A stretch of DNA of 64,000 nt from an uncultured Planctomycetota bacterium (lineage in GTDB: Bacteria > Planctomycetota > Phycisphaerae > Tepidisphaerales > Tepidisphaeraceae). Shown piece by piece: positions 9,357 to 18,472 of this stretch (positions are counted from its first letter, which is position 1; the number at the start of each line of letters is the position of its first letter). The position numbers were made by a program, and so were the translations under genes. The notes under the pieces are model-generated. The model worked only from the letters and a program-made list of their open reading frames with translations. It was not told where the DNA came from and searched no databases. Where the stretch lies: the NCBI GenBank assembly GCA_963841915.1, contig CAWJEN010000006.1, positions 1,600,001 to 1,664,000 of the forward strand, written 5' to 3'.

Positions 9357-10288
9357 TTACCACTCGTCGATCACGACCTGTTCGACAAGGGCGAGATCCC
9401 AGAGCTGGTGGTGCGGCTTTTCCCAGATCCGGAAAAGGTTGGTCACTGTCTCCGCATGACCATCGGCGAATGCCATGTTGACGCCTTTGTTGTGGCGTGA
9501 GAGGAAGAAGCGGTTAATTTGGTTAGTGTCGTTGTTAGCCTCAGGAAACGGATTGTCCGACGAACTGGCAGGCAAAGTATTCTCGAGGCGAATGACTCGC
9601 TCCACACCCCGTCACCAAGAAACGGCACATTTGTCGAGTCGCGGACGTTGCCGAGCTTGTTGAAGAACATCTTGCCTGGAAGCGGGTTGTTCCGAAGGTT
9701 GCGAGAGCCTGGAACATCGGACTCGATGCGGTCTCCCCGAGTCCTGTAGTTCGCCGTCGGATCATTCGATCGATAAACGGCCCAGCCGTTGTAGGTGTAG
9801 CTGCCTTCTGTATCCCACTCATTCCGCTCCTCATCGGTCATGGCGATAAAAGAGGGGGGCATGCGACGCCACGCTGTGGTCGAGGTGCCGGTGACGGCGT
9901 CACCAATACTGGTGCTCCACACGCTGTTCCGACTTAACTCTGCTGCCGAAGGACAAATTTGGATCTCCGGATCCTTCGTCAGGTCAATGTAGCCGCCTTC
10001 GCTGATAATGCGGTTGACCATGCCGCCGCCGAGTCCTGACGGTCCTTCGGTCTGACGAACAAAGGCCCCGTCATTGTCGTTGACGAACTGAAAGAACGCC
10101 TGCGTGATCGAGCGTTGGTTGCTCAAACACTTGACGCTGTTGGCACTCTCCCGCGCCCGGCTCAGCGTCGGCAGCAGAATGCTGATCAGCAACGCGATGA
10201 TGCCGATGACGACGAGAAGCTCGACGAGCGTGAACGCGCTGGCGCGGCGCGAGGTCGGGCTACGGCTTGGTTGGGGGCGGTACTTCAA
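9357..10288 (-). pseudogene. Prepilin-type N-terminal/DUF1559 (H-X9-DG) protein, frameshifted near 9590 (possibly a sequencing error)
   Basis: [25 protein letters not shown] in ORF 9443-10351; RHNKGVNMAFADGHAE in a different frame (ORF 9357-9605); TTG start with GAGGAG RBS. Confidence 0.8.
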
Positions 10289-10627
10289 TGGGACTCCTCG
10301 TGTATAGTCGGTGGTTTGCAGACACCGGTGCCGTGGGTCCGGGCGACGCAACTGTCACCCCGGCGGCTTCCTCCACGTGTCGATCCACACTGTGGCGGGA
10401 AAATCTCGATTACACAATCAGCGAGATGTCACATCGATTCACACAATGTGATCCCGCTGACCTTTTACCCCGTCAACGGCTTTTGCACGAACCACCCGGC
10501 AAAGTATTGTCGACGCTCGCCCCGACACGGAGCGGTGTGATGCGACAGAGACTCGGCCGCCCGCATCGGTGAGCGGGTCCGATTCCAGTTGCGACGGCGA
10601 TTCGAGATGCCCCTTTGGCCCCCGCTT

Positions 10628-13147
10628 ATGGACCCTGCACAGGCTGCTCACTCCCTCGCAACCCTCTGTGCCGCCCAGGCCGATCCGGTCGCGGCGCTAC
10701 GCCAGGCTCAGTGGATCTGGCCCGCCGCCGTCTACGCGCCGCTGCGCAACGTTGTCGCCGACTTCGTCCTCGACCTCGATCTGGAGGCCGACGACCTGTC
10801 TGGTGTTCGCCTGGCTGTCACGGCAGATGCGAACTACGTCGCGTGGATCAACGGCCGGCACGTCGGTCGAGGCCCGGCACGTGGCTGGCAGAGCCAGTGG
10901 CCGTGCGACGACTACGACGTGACGCGTCACCTCAAGCCGGGGCGTAATCGCCTGGCCATGCGCGTTTACAACCCGGGCCGCGACACCTTCCGTTACGTCC
11001 ACGCCAACGCTGCCGGCTTGCTTGCTGCGCTCGTCACGGAAAGCGGCCGCATCCTCGCCGCCTCGGGGCCCGGTTGGCAGTGTCGCATCAGTCCGTCGCG
11101 GTCGCGACTGACGCCGCAGCTTTCGATTCAGCTCGAAGATCAGGAGCACATCGACCTTCGCCGCGACGAGTCGGCATGGCGGCTACCGGTCACCACGCTG
11201 GGCGACGACTCTGATCTGCCCGAAGCTGACCACGTCGACGCCGCCGGCACGCTCGGAACTGAGCTGCGTTGGCACGAGCCGCGACAGATACGCGTCGCCG
11301 GTTCGCCGCCCTGGAACAACCTCGAAGCGCGAAGCTTGCCATCGGTGACGTCGACGCTGCGGGACTTCAGCCGTGTCGTCTCGCGTGGCGTCGGCCCGGT
11401 CGCCGTCACGCAATCACCGAATCCACCGGCCGACCTGCGACGGGCGACGCCGTCGGTCGTCTGGTCGTTGGCGTCGGCCGATGCCGAGCCGAAGCAACTG
11501 ACGCTTTCGCGTGTCGACGCGGGCGAAATGAGCGTCGTCATCCTCGACGTCGGTGAGCCGACGATCGGCACCGTCGTACTCGACATCTCAGGCGGCACAC
11601 GCGGCGGACGGCTCGACGTCGTTCCCTTCGAAGCGTGCAGTGACGAAGGCCAACCGCAGTTGCCCGACCCGATTCAGGAAGGCCGCGTGGCCGTCGGTTT
11701 GCGACTGACGCTGTCGGGTGGCAAGGACTCGTTCGAGTCGTTCCACGCGTACGGCTATCGCTACCTGGCACTCGTGCTCCACGGCCCGGCCGGCGACGTG
11801 CACGTTCGGCCGCGGATGCGGGAGACGCTTTACCCGGTGAGCGAGGTCGGCTCGCTTGTGTGTGACGACGCCGAGCTGGGCGATGTCCGGCGTGTCTGTG
11901 CCCGCACGCAGCGGATCGCGATGACCGATGCGTACATCGATGCGTGGCGAGAGCAGGCCCAATGGTGGGGCGACGCCCGCGTGCAATTCGCCAATCACCA
12001 GGCGATGGAGTGCGACGACCGCCTGTTCGCCCGCGGGATTCGGCAGATCGCAAGCCAGCGGCTGCCGAACGGCCTGACCTACGGCCACGTGCCGACGGGC
12101 GCGCACACCTGCGTGCTTCCGGACTTTTCGCTGATGTGGTTGCTTTCGCTGGTCGACCACTGGTGGCAGACGGGCACGACGGAGCTTGCCGAGACGCATC
12201 GCGACGACGCTTGCCGCGTGCTGAACTACTTCCGCACCGAAGGCCGGGGGGCGAGCGGGTTGCTGTGCAATGATCCGCGGTACTGGTTGTTCCTCGACTG
12301 GGCTGATATTCCTAAGCAAGGGTGCCCGACGCTACTGAACCTGTGGCACGTTCACACGCTCGACAGCTTGGCCGACGTGTACGAAGCGGCGGGTGACGCG
12401 TCGGCAGTGAGGCTTCGGCAGGAGGCGGCGGACGTGCGTGCCCGTGTCTGCCGGCTGCTGTTCGACGACGCCGAAGGCTTGTGGCGAGACGGCTTCGACA
12501 CGAGCGGCAAGCCAAGGCAGACCTACGGCACGCACGCGCAGGCGCTGGCTGTGCTGGCCGGCTTCGCCGTCACGCCGCAAATGACTCGGCAGATTCAACG
12601 TGCGTTGTCTGCGGCGGTGGATGACGATCCTGCCGAGCCGTCGCCGTTCTGGATCGGCTTTCTGTTCGACGCCGCGACGCGACTGGGCATGAAGGCACAG
12701 GTGCTTGCGTGCATCCGCCGCAGGTGGCGACCGATGGTGCGGCAGGGATCGACCTTCGAAGTCTGGCGACCGACGCTGCAGGAAAGCCGATCGCATGCGT
12801 GGTCGGCTCATCCGCTGACGCATCTCAACCGCATCGTCGCCGGTGTCACGGCAACGACGGCGGGCTGGCAAGACGTCACAATCGAGCCGTTGTGGAACGA
12901 CAGGATCATCAGCCGATGTGACGCTGTGATCCCGACGCCACGCGGGTTGATCAAGGTGCGGTGGTCGCAGGAAGCGAGCGAGGCGCGGCTGGACCTTGTG
13001 CTACCGATCGGCGTGCAGGCGACGGTGCGACTGGCCGACGCGACCACCATTGCCGGCGTCACCGGGACACGATCGTTCAGCACGACCAAGCCCGTCCACA
13101 CGACGAGCCGCCTGTCACCCGTCACCGCAACGGTCGATGCTGCCTGA
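10628..13147 (+). CDS. Alpha-L-rhamnosidase-like glycoside hydrolase (GH78)
   Basis: ADANYVAWINGRHVGRGP, D-AWREQAQWWGD, FLDWA, SRSHAWSAHP, PTPRGLIKVRW; start uncertain (10589-10628). Confidence 0.85.
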   Translation: MDPAQAAHSLATLCAAQADPVAALRQAQWIWPAAVYAPLRNVVADFVLDLDLEADDLSGVRLAVTADANYVAWINGRHVGRGPARGWQSQWPCDDYDVTRHLKPGRNRLAMRVYNPGRDTFRYVHANAAGLLAALVTESGRILAASGPGWQCRISPSRSRLTPQLSIQLEDQEHIDLRRDESAWRLPVTTLGDDSDLPEADHVDAAGTLGTELRWHEPRQIRVAGSPPWNNLEARSLPSVTSTLRDFSRVVSRGVGPVAVTQSPNPPADLRRATPSVVWSLASADAEPKQLTLSRVDAGEMSVVILDVGEPTIGTVVLDISGGTRGGRLDVVPFEACSDEGQPQLPDPIQEGRVAVGLRLTLSGGKDSFESFHAYGYRYLALVLHGPAGDVHVRPRMRETLYPVSEVGSLVCDDAELGDVRRVCARTQRIAMTDAYIDAWREQAQWWGDARVQFANHQAMECDDRLFARGIRQIASQRLPNGLTYGHVPTGAHTCVLPDFSLMWLLSLVDHWWQTGTTELAETHRDDACRVLNYFRTEGRGASGLLCNDPRYWLFLDWADIPKQGCPTLLNLWHVHTLDSLADVYEAAGDASAVRLRQEAADVRARVCRLLFDDAEGLWRDGFDTSGKPRQTYGTHAQALAVLAGFAVTPQMTRQIQRALSAAVDDDPAEPSPFWIGFLFDAATRLGMKAQVLACIRRRWRPMVRQGSTFEVWRPTLQESRSHAWSAHPLTHLNRIVAGVTATTAGWQDVTIEPLWNDRIISRCDAVIPTPRGLIKVRWSQEASEARLDLVLPIGVQATVRLADATTIAGVTGTRSFSTTKPVHTTSRLSPVTATVDAA

Positions 13148-13182
13148 TCGGCACGACGACGGTTCTGCAGTAACCTCGCCGC

Positions 13183-14601
13183 ATGGACGCCCCGACTACT
13201 TCACCCGCCGGCCGACCCAATGTCCTGCTGATTCACAGCGATCAGCACCGCTTCGACTGCGTCGGCGTCAACCAGCCGCACACACCCGCCGGGCCGGGTA
13301 GGCTCGTCAAGACGCCCCACCTGGATCGTCTGGCCCAGCAGGGGACGAACTTCACGAGCGCTTACACGCCGATCCCGCTGTGCACGCCGGCCCGGGCGTC
13401 GCTGTCGACAGGTAGCTGGCCGAGTCGGCACAACAGCTGGGTCATTCCCAATACACTCGGCTACCGACCGGCCGACGGGTCGCTGCCGAACCTGTACCGG
13501 TTGTTGAGCGACGCCGGCTACTACGTGGCACATCTGGCCAAGTATCACCAGGAACTGGCCGGTACGCCGACGGATCACGGGGCTGACCGTTTTGAGCCGG
13601 AGACGGCGTACGACCCGTGGCGAGAGCAGCAGGGCTTGCCACCGCGGCCGATGACGAACGGGTTCTTCGGTGAGGTCGACGACATCGAGCCTGAGCAAGG
13701 CCGCATCGCCTGGGGTGCCGACCACACGATGGCTGCGCTGCGCGAGGCCAAGGCTGCGGGGCGGCCTGCGTTTGTGCGGTGGGATCCGAGCGAGCCGCAC
13801 CTGCCGAACGTGATTCCCGAGCCGTGGGCGTCGATGGTGGATCCGGGTGACGTGCCGCCTTGGGCGAGCTTTGCCGACACGCTCAAGAACAAGCCGATCA
13901 TGCAGCGAAAGACGCGGCAGCGGTGGGGCTGCGACGACTGGACGTGGGCTGACTGGCAGCCGATCGTGGCGCGGTATCTGGGTGAGGTGATGTTGCTCGA
14001 TCACCACGTCGGCCGCGTGCTGGCGACGCTGGACGAACTCGGCATGGCTGACGACACGCTCGTCATCTACAGCACCGATCACGGCGACTTCTGCGGCGGG
14101 CACGGCATGACGGACAAGCACTACACGGGCTACGACGACATTCTGCACGTGCCGCTCATCGCCCGCTGGCCCGGCCACCTGGAGGCGGGGGCAACGTGCG
14201 ACCGGTTCGTGATTCACGAGCTCGACCTCGCCAGGACGATCATCGATGCCGTTTTAGGCGAAGCGCCAGAGACCTTCGCCGGCCGCAATCTGATCGACGA
14301 AGCAGCCGGCACGTCGGCGGAGCGGGACGACGTTTTCGTGCAGTACTCCGGCACGCAGCAGGGCCGGTGCGACCAGCGGTACCTGCGGACGCGGCGGTGG
14401 AAGTACGTCTACTGCCCGACAAGCGAAGACGAGCTGTACGACCTTGACGCTGACCCGGGCGAGTTGGTGAACGTGATCGACGAGCCGCAGCACTCGGGGG
14501 CGTTGCTCGAGGTTCGCCAGCGGATGATGACGTGGCTGGCCGAGACGGGTGATCCGCTGACGGGGCCGCTGTGGACGTGGCCGGCGCGGATTCAGCCGTA
14601 G
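13183..14601 (+). CDS. Sulfatase (S1, Cys-type)
   Basis: RPNVLLIHSDQHR, CTPARASL, STDHGD, ELYDLDADPGE. Confidence 0.92.
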   Translation: MDAPTTSPAGRPNVLLIHSDQHRFDCVGVNQPHTPAGPGRLVKTPHLDRLAQQGTNFTSAYTPIPLCTPARASLSTGSWPSRHNSWVIPNTLGYRPADGSLPNLYRLLSDAGYYVAHLAKYHQELAGTPTDHGADRFEPETAYDPWREQQGLPPRPMTNGFFGEVDDIEPEQGRIAWGADHTMAALREAKAAGRPAFVRWDPSEPHLPNVIPEPWASMVDPGDVPPWASFADTLKNKPIMQRKTRQRWGCDDWTWADWQPIVARYLGEVMLLDHHVGRVLATLDELGMADDTLVIYSTDHGDFCGGHGMTDKHYTGYDDILHVPLIARWPGHLEAGATCDRFVIHELDLARTIIDAVLGEAPETFAGRNLIDEAAGTSAERDDVFVQYSGTQQGRCDQRYLRTRRWKYVYCPTSEDELYDLDADPGELVNVIDEPQHSGALLEVRQRMMTWLAETGDPLTGPLWTWPARIQP

Positions 14602-14663
14602 CGGGTAGTGGACGGTGGCGTCCGAACAGAGTCCTAACTAGCATGGTGGCAGCCGAGCCTGCC

Positions 14664-17600
14664 ATGCCAGACGAGTCGCAACCAAAGTCCAAGATACACC
14701 CGTTCAAGACGAAGCGTCATCACTGGACGCGGGCCAAGGAAGTCGCCGCGTCTGAGGCGAACAAGAAGACGCCCAAGTGGCAGCAGGGTTGGGGCGGCTT
14801 CAAGGACAAGAAGGGCCGGGCCAAAGAATTGCTCGAGATCTCGCCACCACCGGCGATCATCAAGGCCGGCAGCGTCGTCACGTTTGCCGAGCTGTGTTGC
14901 ACGAGCAACTTCACGTTTCTGACCGGGGCGAGTCACCCCGACGAGATCGCCCGTCGGGCGGCGGAGCTCGGCTACGACGCGTTCGGCGTGTGCGACACGA
15001 ACACGCTGGCCGGTGTAGTGCGGGCGCACGTCGAGGCCGAACGCCAGGAGATTCGCCAGGTCGTCGGTAGCCGCGTCGAGCTGTCGGACGGTCGTGGCAT
15101 TTATGTCTGGCCGACGAACCTCGCCGCGTACGGCAGGCTCGCCACACTGCTGACCGTCGGCAAGATGCGGGCCAGCAAGGGCGAGTGCTTGCTTGGCCTG
15201 TGGGACTTGCTGGAGTACGCCGAGGGTCAGATGCTCGGCATCGAGGTGCCGACCGTCATCGACAATGGTTTTGTCGCGATGCTCCGCACGCTGCAGGATT
15301 GGTGCGGCGGGACGAACGCGTTGTCGCTGCTGGCTGCGCGCGACTACGGGCCTGATGACGAACAACGGCTGCGCAACATCGCGCGATTGTCGGCAGAAGA
15401 GCACGTGCCGATGCTGGCGACGAATCGGCCGCTTTATCACGTGCGAGGCAGGCGGTTGATGCAGGACGTCGTCTCGTGCATCCGTCGTGGTTGCACGCTC
15501 GACGAAGCAGGCCTGGCCCTCGAAGCGTCGGCCGAGCGGCACATGAAGGTGCCCGAAGAGATGGACCGGCTGTTCTCGCGTTACCCGAACGCGATCGCCC
15601 GCACGATTGAGGTTGCGTCGCGTTGCCGCGAGTTTTCACTGAACCAGCTCAAGTATCAGTACCCCGACGAGGTTGTGCCCGACGGCTCGACGGCAATGGA
15701 GCACCTCGAACAGCTCTCGCGGGCCGGGCTGCAAGGGCGTTTCCCCGACGGCGTGCCGGAGAAGGTGCGCACGCAGTTCGAGCACGAGTTGGTGCTCATC
15801 GGGGAGTTGAAGTTGCCGCACTATTTCCTGACGGTCGAAGACCTTGTGCGGTGGAGTCGCCAGCAGGGCATCTTGTGTCAAGGCCGCGGCGCGGCGGCGA
15901 ACAGCGTCGTCTGCTACTCGCTGGGCGTGACCGACGCCGACCCGACGCGGATCAACACGCTCTTCGAACGGTTCATCAGCCGCGCCCGCAACGAGCCGCC
16001 GGACATCGATGTCGACTTCGAACACGAACGACGCGAAGAGGCGATTCAGTACCTTTACCGCAAGTACGGCCGTGACCGGGCGGCGATGACGGCCAACGTC
16101 ATCACCTACCGCGGCAGAAGCGCCGTCCGCGAGGTTGGCAAAGTCCTCGGCTTCGGCGCCGACACCATCGACCGCCTCGCCAAAGGTATCAACTGGTGGA
16201 AAGGCGGCCCGGTCGAAGAAGACGAACTCGCCGCCCAGAAGCTCGACCACGCCGACGTTGCTACCGGGCACCTCGTCTACCTCTCGCAGGCCATCCAGGG
16301 ATTTCCCCGACACCTCAGCCAACACCCTGGCGGCTTCGTGCTGACACAAACGCCGCTGCATCAGCTCGTGCCAATCGAGAACTGCGCGATGGAAGCCCGC
16401 ACCGCCATCGAGTGGGATAAAGACGACATCGACGCCCTTGGCTTCATCAAAGTCGACGTGCTGGGGCTTGGCATGCTGACGTGTATGGCCAAGGGGTTTG
16501 AGCTATTAAAAGGCACAAAGGCACAAAGGCACGAAGGCACGAAGGGCTTGACTTCGGACACTCATGAGCGAGATCAAGACATATCGAGATCTGGTGGCGT
16601 GGCAGAGAGCTATGCAGTTGTGTCAGGCGCTTTATTGACAGACGAAGGCAATGCCGGCCGAAGAGCGTTTTGGGCTGACGAATCAGATGAGGCGTGCGGC
16701 CGTATTGATTCCGTCGAACATCGCAGAAGGATTCGGCAGGCAGAGCCGCGCCGACCACTTGAAGTTCCTGAAGATCGCACGCGGATCGTTGATGGAGCTT
16801 CAGACGCAGTACGAACTGGCGTGGTCGATGGAGATGATCCCCCGGAACGAGGAGCTGCATACATTGCTGATCGAGAGCGACCGCATTCTGCAGGGTCTCA
16901 TTCGCAGCCTGATGCGTTAGCTCCGGCATCTGCCCCTTCGTGCCCTCGTGCCTTTGTGCCTTCGTGCCTAGCCGAGGTGCTTCAGCCGCCGGACGATCCT
17001 GTGGTCTTCGACATGATTTGTCGGGCCGACACGATGGGGACGTTTCAGATCGAAAGCCGGGCGCAGATGACGATGTTGCCGAGGTTGCGGCCGCGGTGCT
17101 TTTATGACCTGGTGGTCGAGGTTGCCATCGTGCGGCCCGGGCCGATTCAGGGTGGCATGGTCCACCCCTATCTCAAGCGGCGCAGCGGCGAAGAGCCGGT
17201 GCCGGACTTTTCTGACGGGCCGCTCGGGTGGATTCTGGCCAAGACGTTCGGCGTGCCGATTTTCCAGGAGCAGGCGATGCTGATGGCCGTCCACTGCGCG
17301 GGCTTTTCACCCGACGAGGCCGACGGCCTCAGGCGTGCGGTCACCGGCTTCCGCCGCTTCGGCGACATCGACGACTACGAGTCGAAGATTGTCGAGGGCA
17401 TGGTAGAGAACGGCTACGAGCGTGACTTTGCCGAGCGGTGCTTCAAGCAAATTCAGGGGTTTTCAACCTACGGATTTCCGGAGAGCCACGCTGCCAGCTT
17501 CGCGCTGATCGCGTACGCGAGCAACTACTTCAAGTGCCACTGGCCGGGCGTCTTTCTGGCGGCCATTCTCAACAGTCAGCCGATGGGCTTTTATAAACCG

Positions 17601-18416
17601 GCCCAACTCGTGCAGTGCGCCCAACGGCACGGCGTGACCGTGCTGCCGGTCGACGTGATGCACAGTGACTGGGATTGCACGCTGCCACCGACGCAGGATC
17701 ACATGACGGTCCGGCTCGGGATGAGATGCGTCAAAGGAATGAGGCAGGACGACGCCCAGCGCATCATCGCCGCACGCGGCAAGGGCGTTGTCAGCATCGA
17801 GCAACTTTGGCACCAAAGCCGCTGCTCGGCGAGGGCGATGAAGTGTCTGGCCAAAGCCGACGCCTTCGGCTCGCTCAACGGCGGCCTCGATCGACAGTCG
17901 GCGCTGTGGCACGTGGGTAAACTCCGTGACGACGACACGCCGTTGTTCGATCACGTGCACGAGCCCGAGCCCGTCGTCGCGCTGCCGACGCTCGCGCCGC
18001 TTCGGCATGTATTGGCCGATTACACGCACACAGGTCTGTCGCTCAAGGACCACCCGATGCGATTGCTTCGTGGCGAGCTGCCGGGCGTGACGGTGGCGGG
18101 TGACCTGGCCGACGAGGAGCGGTTTCCGTCCGGTCGGAACGTGACGGTGGCCGGCATCTGCCTCGTCCGCCAAAGGCCCGGCAGCGCCAAGAGCATCACG
18201 TTCCTCACGCTCGAGGACGAGACAGGCATGAGCAACCTGGTCGTTTACCCTAATATCTTCGACCGATGGAAGCGCATCGCCCGCGACAGCCGCACCATGC
18301 TCGTCCGCGGCCGCGTTGATCGGCAGGGCGAAGTCGTGCACGTCATCGCGACGACCTTCGAGTGCCTCGACGGCAAGCTCGACGCGTTGCGTGGCATGTC
18401 GCGAAACTTCCACTAG
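14664..18416 (+). CDS. dnaE2: Error-prone DNA polymerase DnaE2 (ImuC) with a 153-codon in-frame insertion
   Basis: FAELCCTSNFTFLTGASHP, GRGAAANSVVCY, PPDIDVDFEH, FPRHLSQHPGG, FQIESRAQM, YGFPESHAASFA, RQRPGSAK and the DnaE2-typical SRNFH C-terminus; start uncertain. Confidence 0.95.
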   Translation: MPDESQPKSKIHPFKTKRHHWTRAKEVAASEANKKTPKWQQGWGGFKDKKGRAKELLEISPPPAIIKAGSVVTFAELCCTSNFTFLTGASHPDEIARRAAELGYDAFGVCDTNTLAGVVRAHVEAERQEIRQVVGSRVELSDGRGIYVWPTNLAAYGRLATLLTVGKMRASKGECLLGLWDLLEYAEGQMLGIEVPTVIDNGFVAMLRTLQDWCGGTNALSLLAARDYGPDDEQRLRNIARLSAEEHVPMLATNRPLYHVRGRRLMQDVVSCIRRGCTLDEAGLALEASAERHMKVPEEMDRLFSRYPNAIARTIEVASRCREFSLNQLKYQYPDEVVPDGSTAMEHLEQLSRAGLQGRFPDGVPEKVRTQFEHELVLIGELKLPHYFLTVEDLVRWSRQQGILCQGRGAAANSVVCYSLGVTDADPTRINTLFERFISRARNEPPDIDVDFEHERREEAIQYLYRKYGRDRAAMTANVITYRGRSAVREVGKVLGFGADTIDRLAKGINWWKGGPVEEDELAAQKLDHADVATGHLVYLSQAIQGFPRHLSQHPGGFVLTQTPLHQLVPIENCAMEARTAIEWDKDDIDALGFIKVDVLGLGMLTCMAKGFELLKGTKAQRHEGTKGLTSDTHERDQDISRSGGVAESYAVVSGALLTDEGNAGRRAFWADESDEACGRIDSVEHRRRIRQAEPRRPLEVPEDRTRIVDGASDAVRTGVVDGDDPPERGAAYIADRERPHSAGSHSQPDALAPASAPSCPRAFVPSCLAEVLQPPDDPVVFDMICRADTMGTFQIESRAQMTMLPRLRPRCFYDLVVEVAIVRPGPIQGGMVHPYLKRRSGEEPVPDFSDGPLGWILAKTFGVPIFQEQAMLMAVHCAGFSPDEADGLRRAVTGFRRFGDIDDYESKIVEGMVENGYERDFAERCFKQIQGFSTYGFPESHAASFALIAYASNYFKCHWPGVFLAAILNSQPMGFYKPAQLVQCAQRHGVTVLPVDVMHSDWDCTLPPTQDHMTVRLGMRCVKGMRQDDAQRIIAARGKGVVSIEQLWHQSRCSARAMKCLAKADAFGSLNGGLDRQSALWHVGKLRDDDTPLFDHVHEPEPVVALPTLAPLRHVLADYTHTGLSLKDHPMRLLRGELPGVTVAGDLADEERFPSGRNVTVAGICLVRQRPGSAKSITFLTLEDETGMSNLVVYPNIFDRWKRIARDSRTMLVRGRVDRQGEVVHVIATTFECLDGKLDALRGMSRNFH
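16511..16546 (+). repeat. Left octamer array (AGGCACRA)x4 + AGGG
   Basis: AGGCACAA AGGCACAA AGGCACGA AGGCACGA AGGG read directly. Confidence 0.95.
16564..16920 (+). pseudogene. Four-helix-bundle protein (TIGR02436 / 23S rRNA IVS protein family) nested in dnaE2 in another frame, with an internal TGA
   Basis: MSEIKTYRDLVAWQRAMQLCQALY*QTKAMPAEERFGLTNQMRRAAVLIPSNIAEGFGR...FLKIARGSLMELQTQ; TGA at 16636-16638. Confidence 0.9.
16934..16969 (+). repeat. Right octamer array CCCT + (TYGTGCCY)x4, inverted relative to the left array
   Basis: CCCT TCGTGCCC TCGTGCCT TTGTGCCT TCGTGCCT read directly. Confidence 0.95.
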
Positions 18417-18472
18417 CGGCTCTGACGCAAGAAGTTGCTGCCGCTCGGGCGGGCGCGGTACAACCCCAAGCG

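Larger units (their letters stand above)
16511..16969 (+). mobile_element. 459-bp insertion in dnaE2: inverted octamer-array ends around a four-helix-bundle gene
   Basis: Left 16511-16546 and right 16934-16969 are 34/36 inverted repeats; length is a multiple of 3; interrupts DnaE2 between FELL and AEVLQPPDDP; mobility is inferred, not shown. Confidence 0.75.

Noticed and set aside
9349..9362. cre/LacI-like GGAAAGCGTTACCA
   Set aside because: Sits on a stop codon between convergent genes, not in a promoter.
8944..9500. Overlapping ORFs containing MFHVEH
   Set aside because: MFHVEH is the translation of the parS palindrome; the region is intergenic with hairpins.
16564..16920. Diversity-generating retroelement (Avd-like gene)
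   Set aside because: No reverse transcriptase or TR/VR pair seen in the window.
16447..16929. Minus-strand 160-aa ORF over the insert
   Set aside because: Antisense shadow of the four-helix-bundle gene; no recognisable motifs.
16511..16969. dnaE2 insert as an intein or group I/II intron
   Set aside because: No Cys/Ser start with His-Asn end, no homing endonuclease or reverse transcriptase, and the dnaE2-frame peptide is just the shifted reading of the nested gene and repeats.
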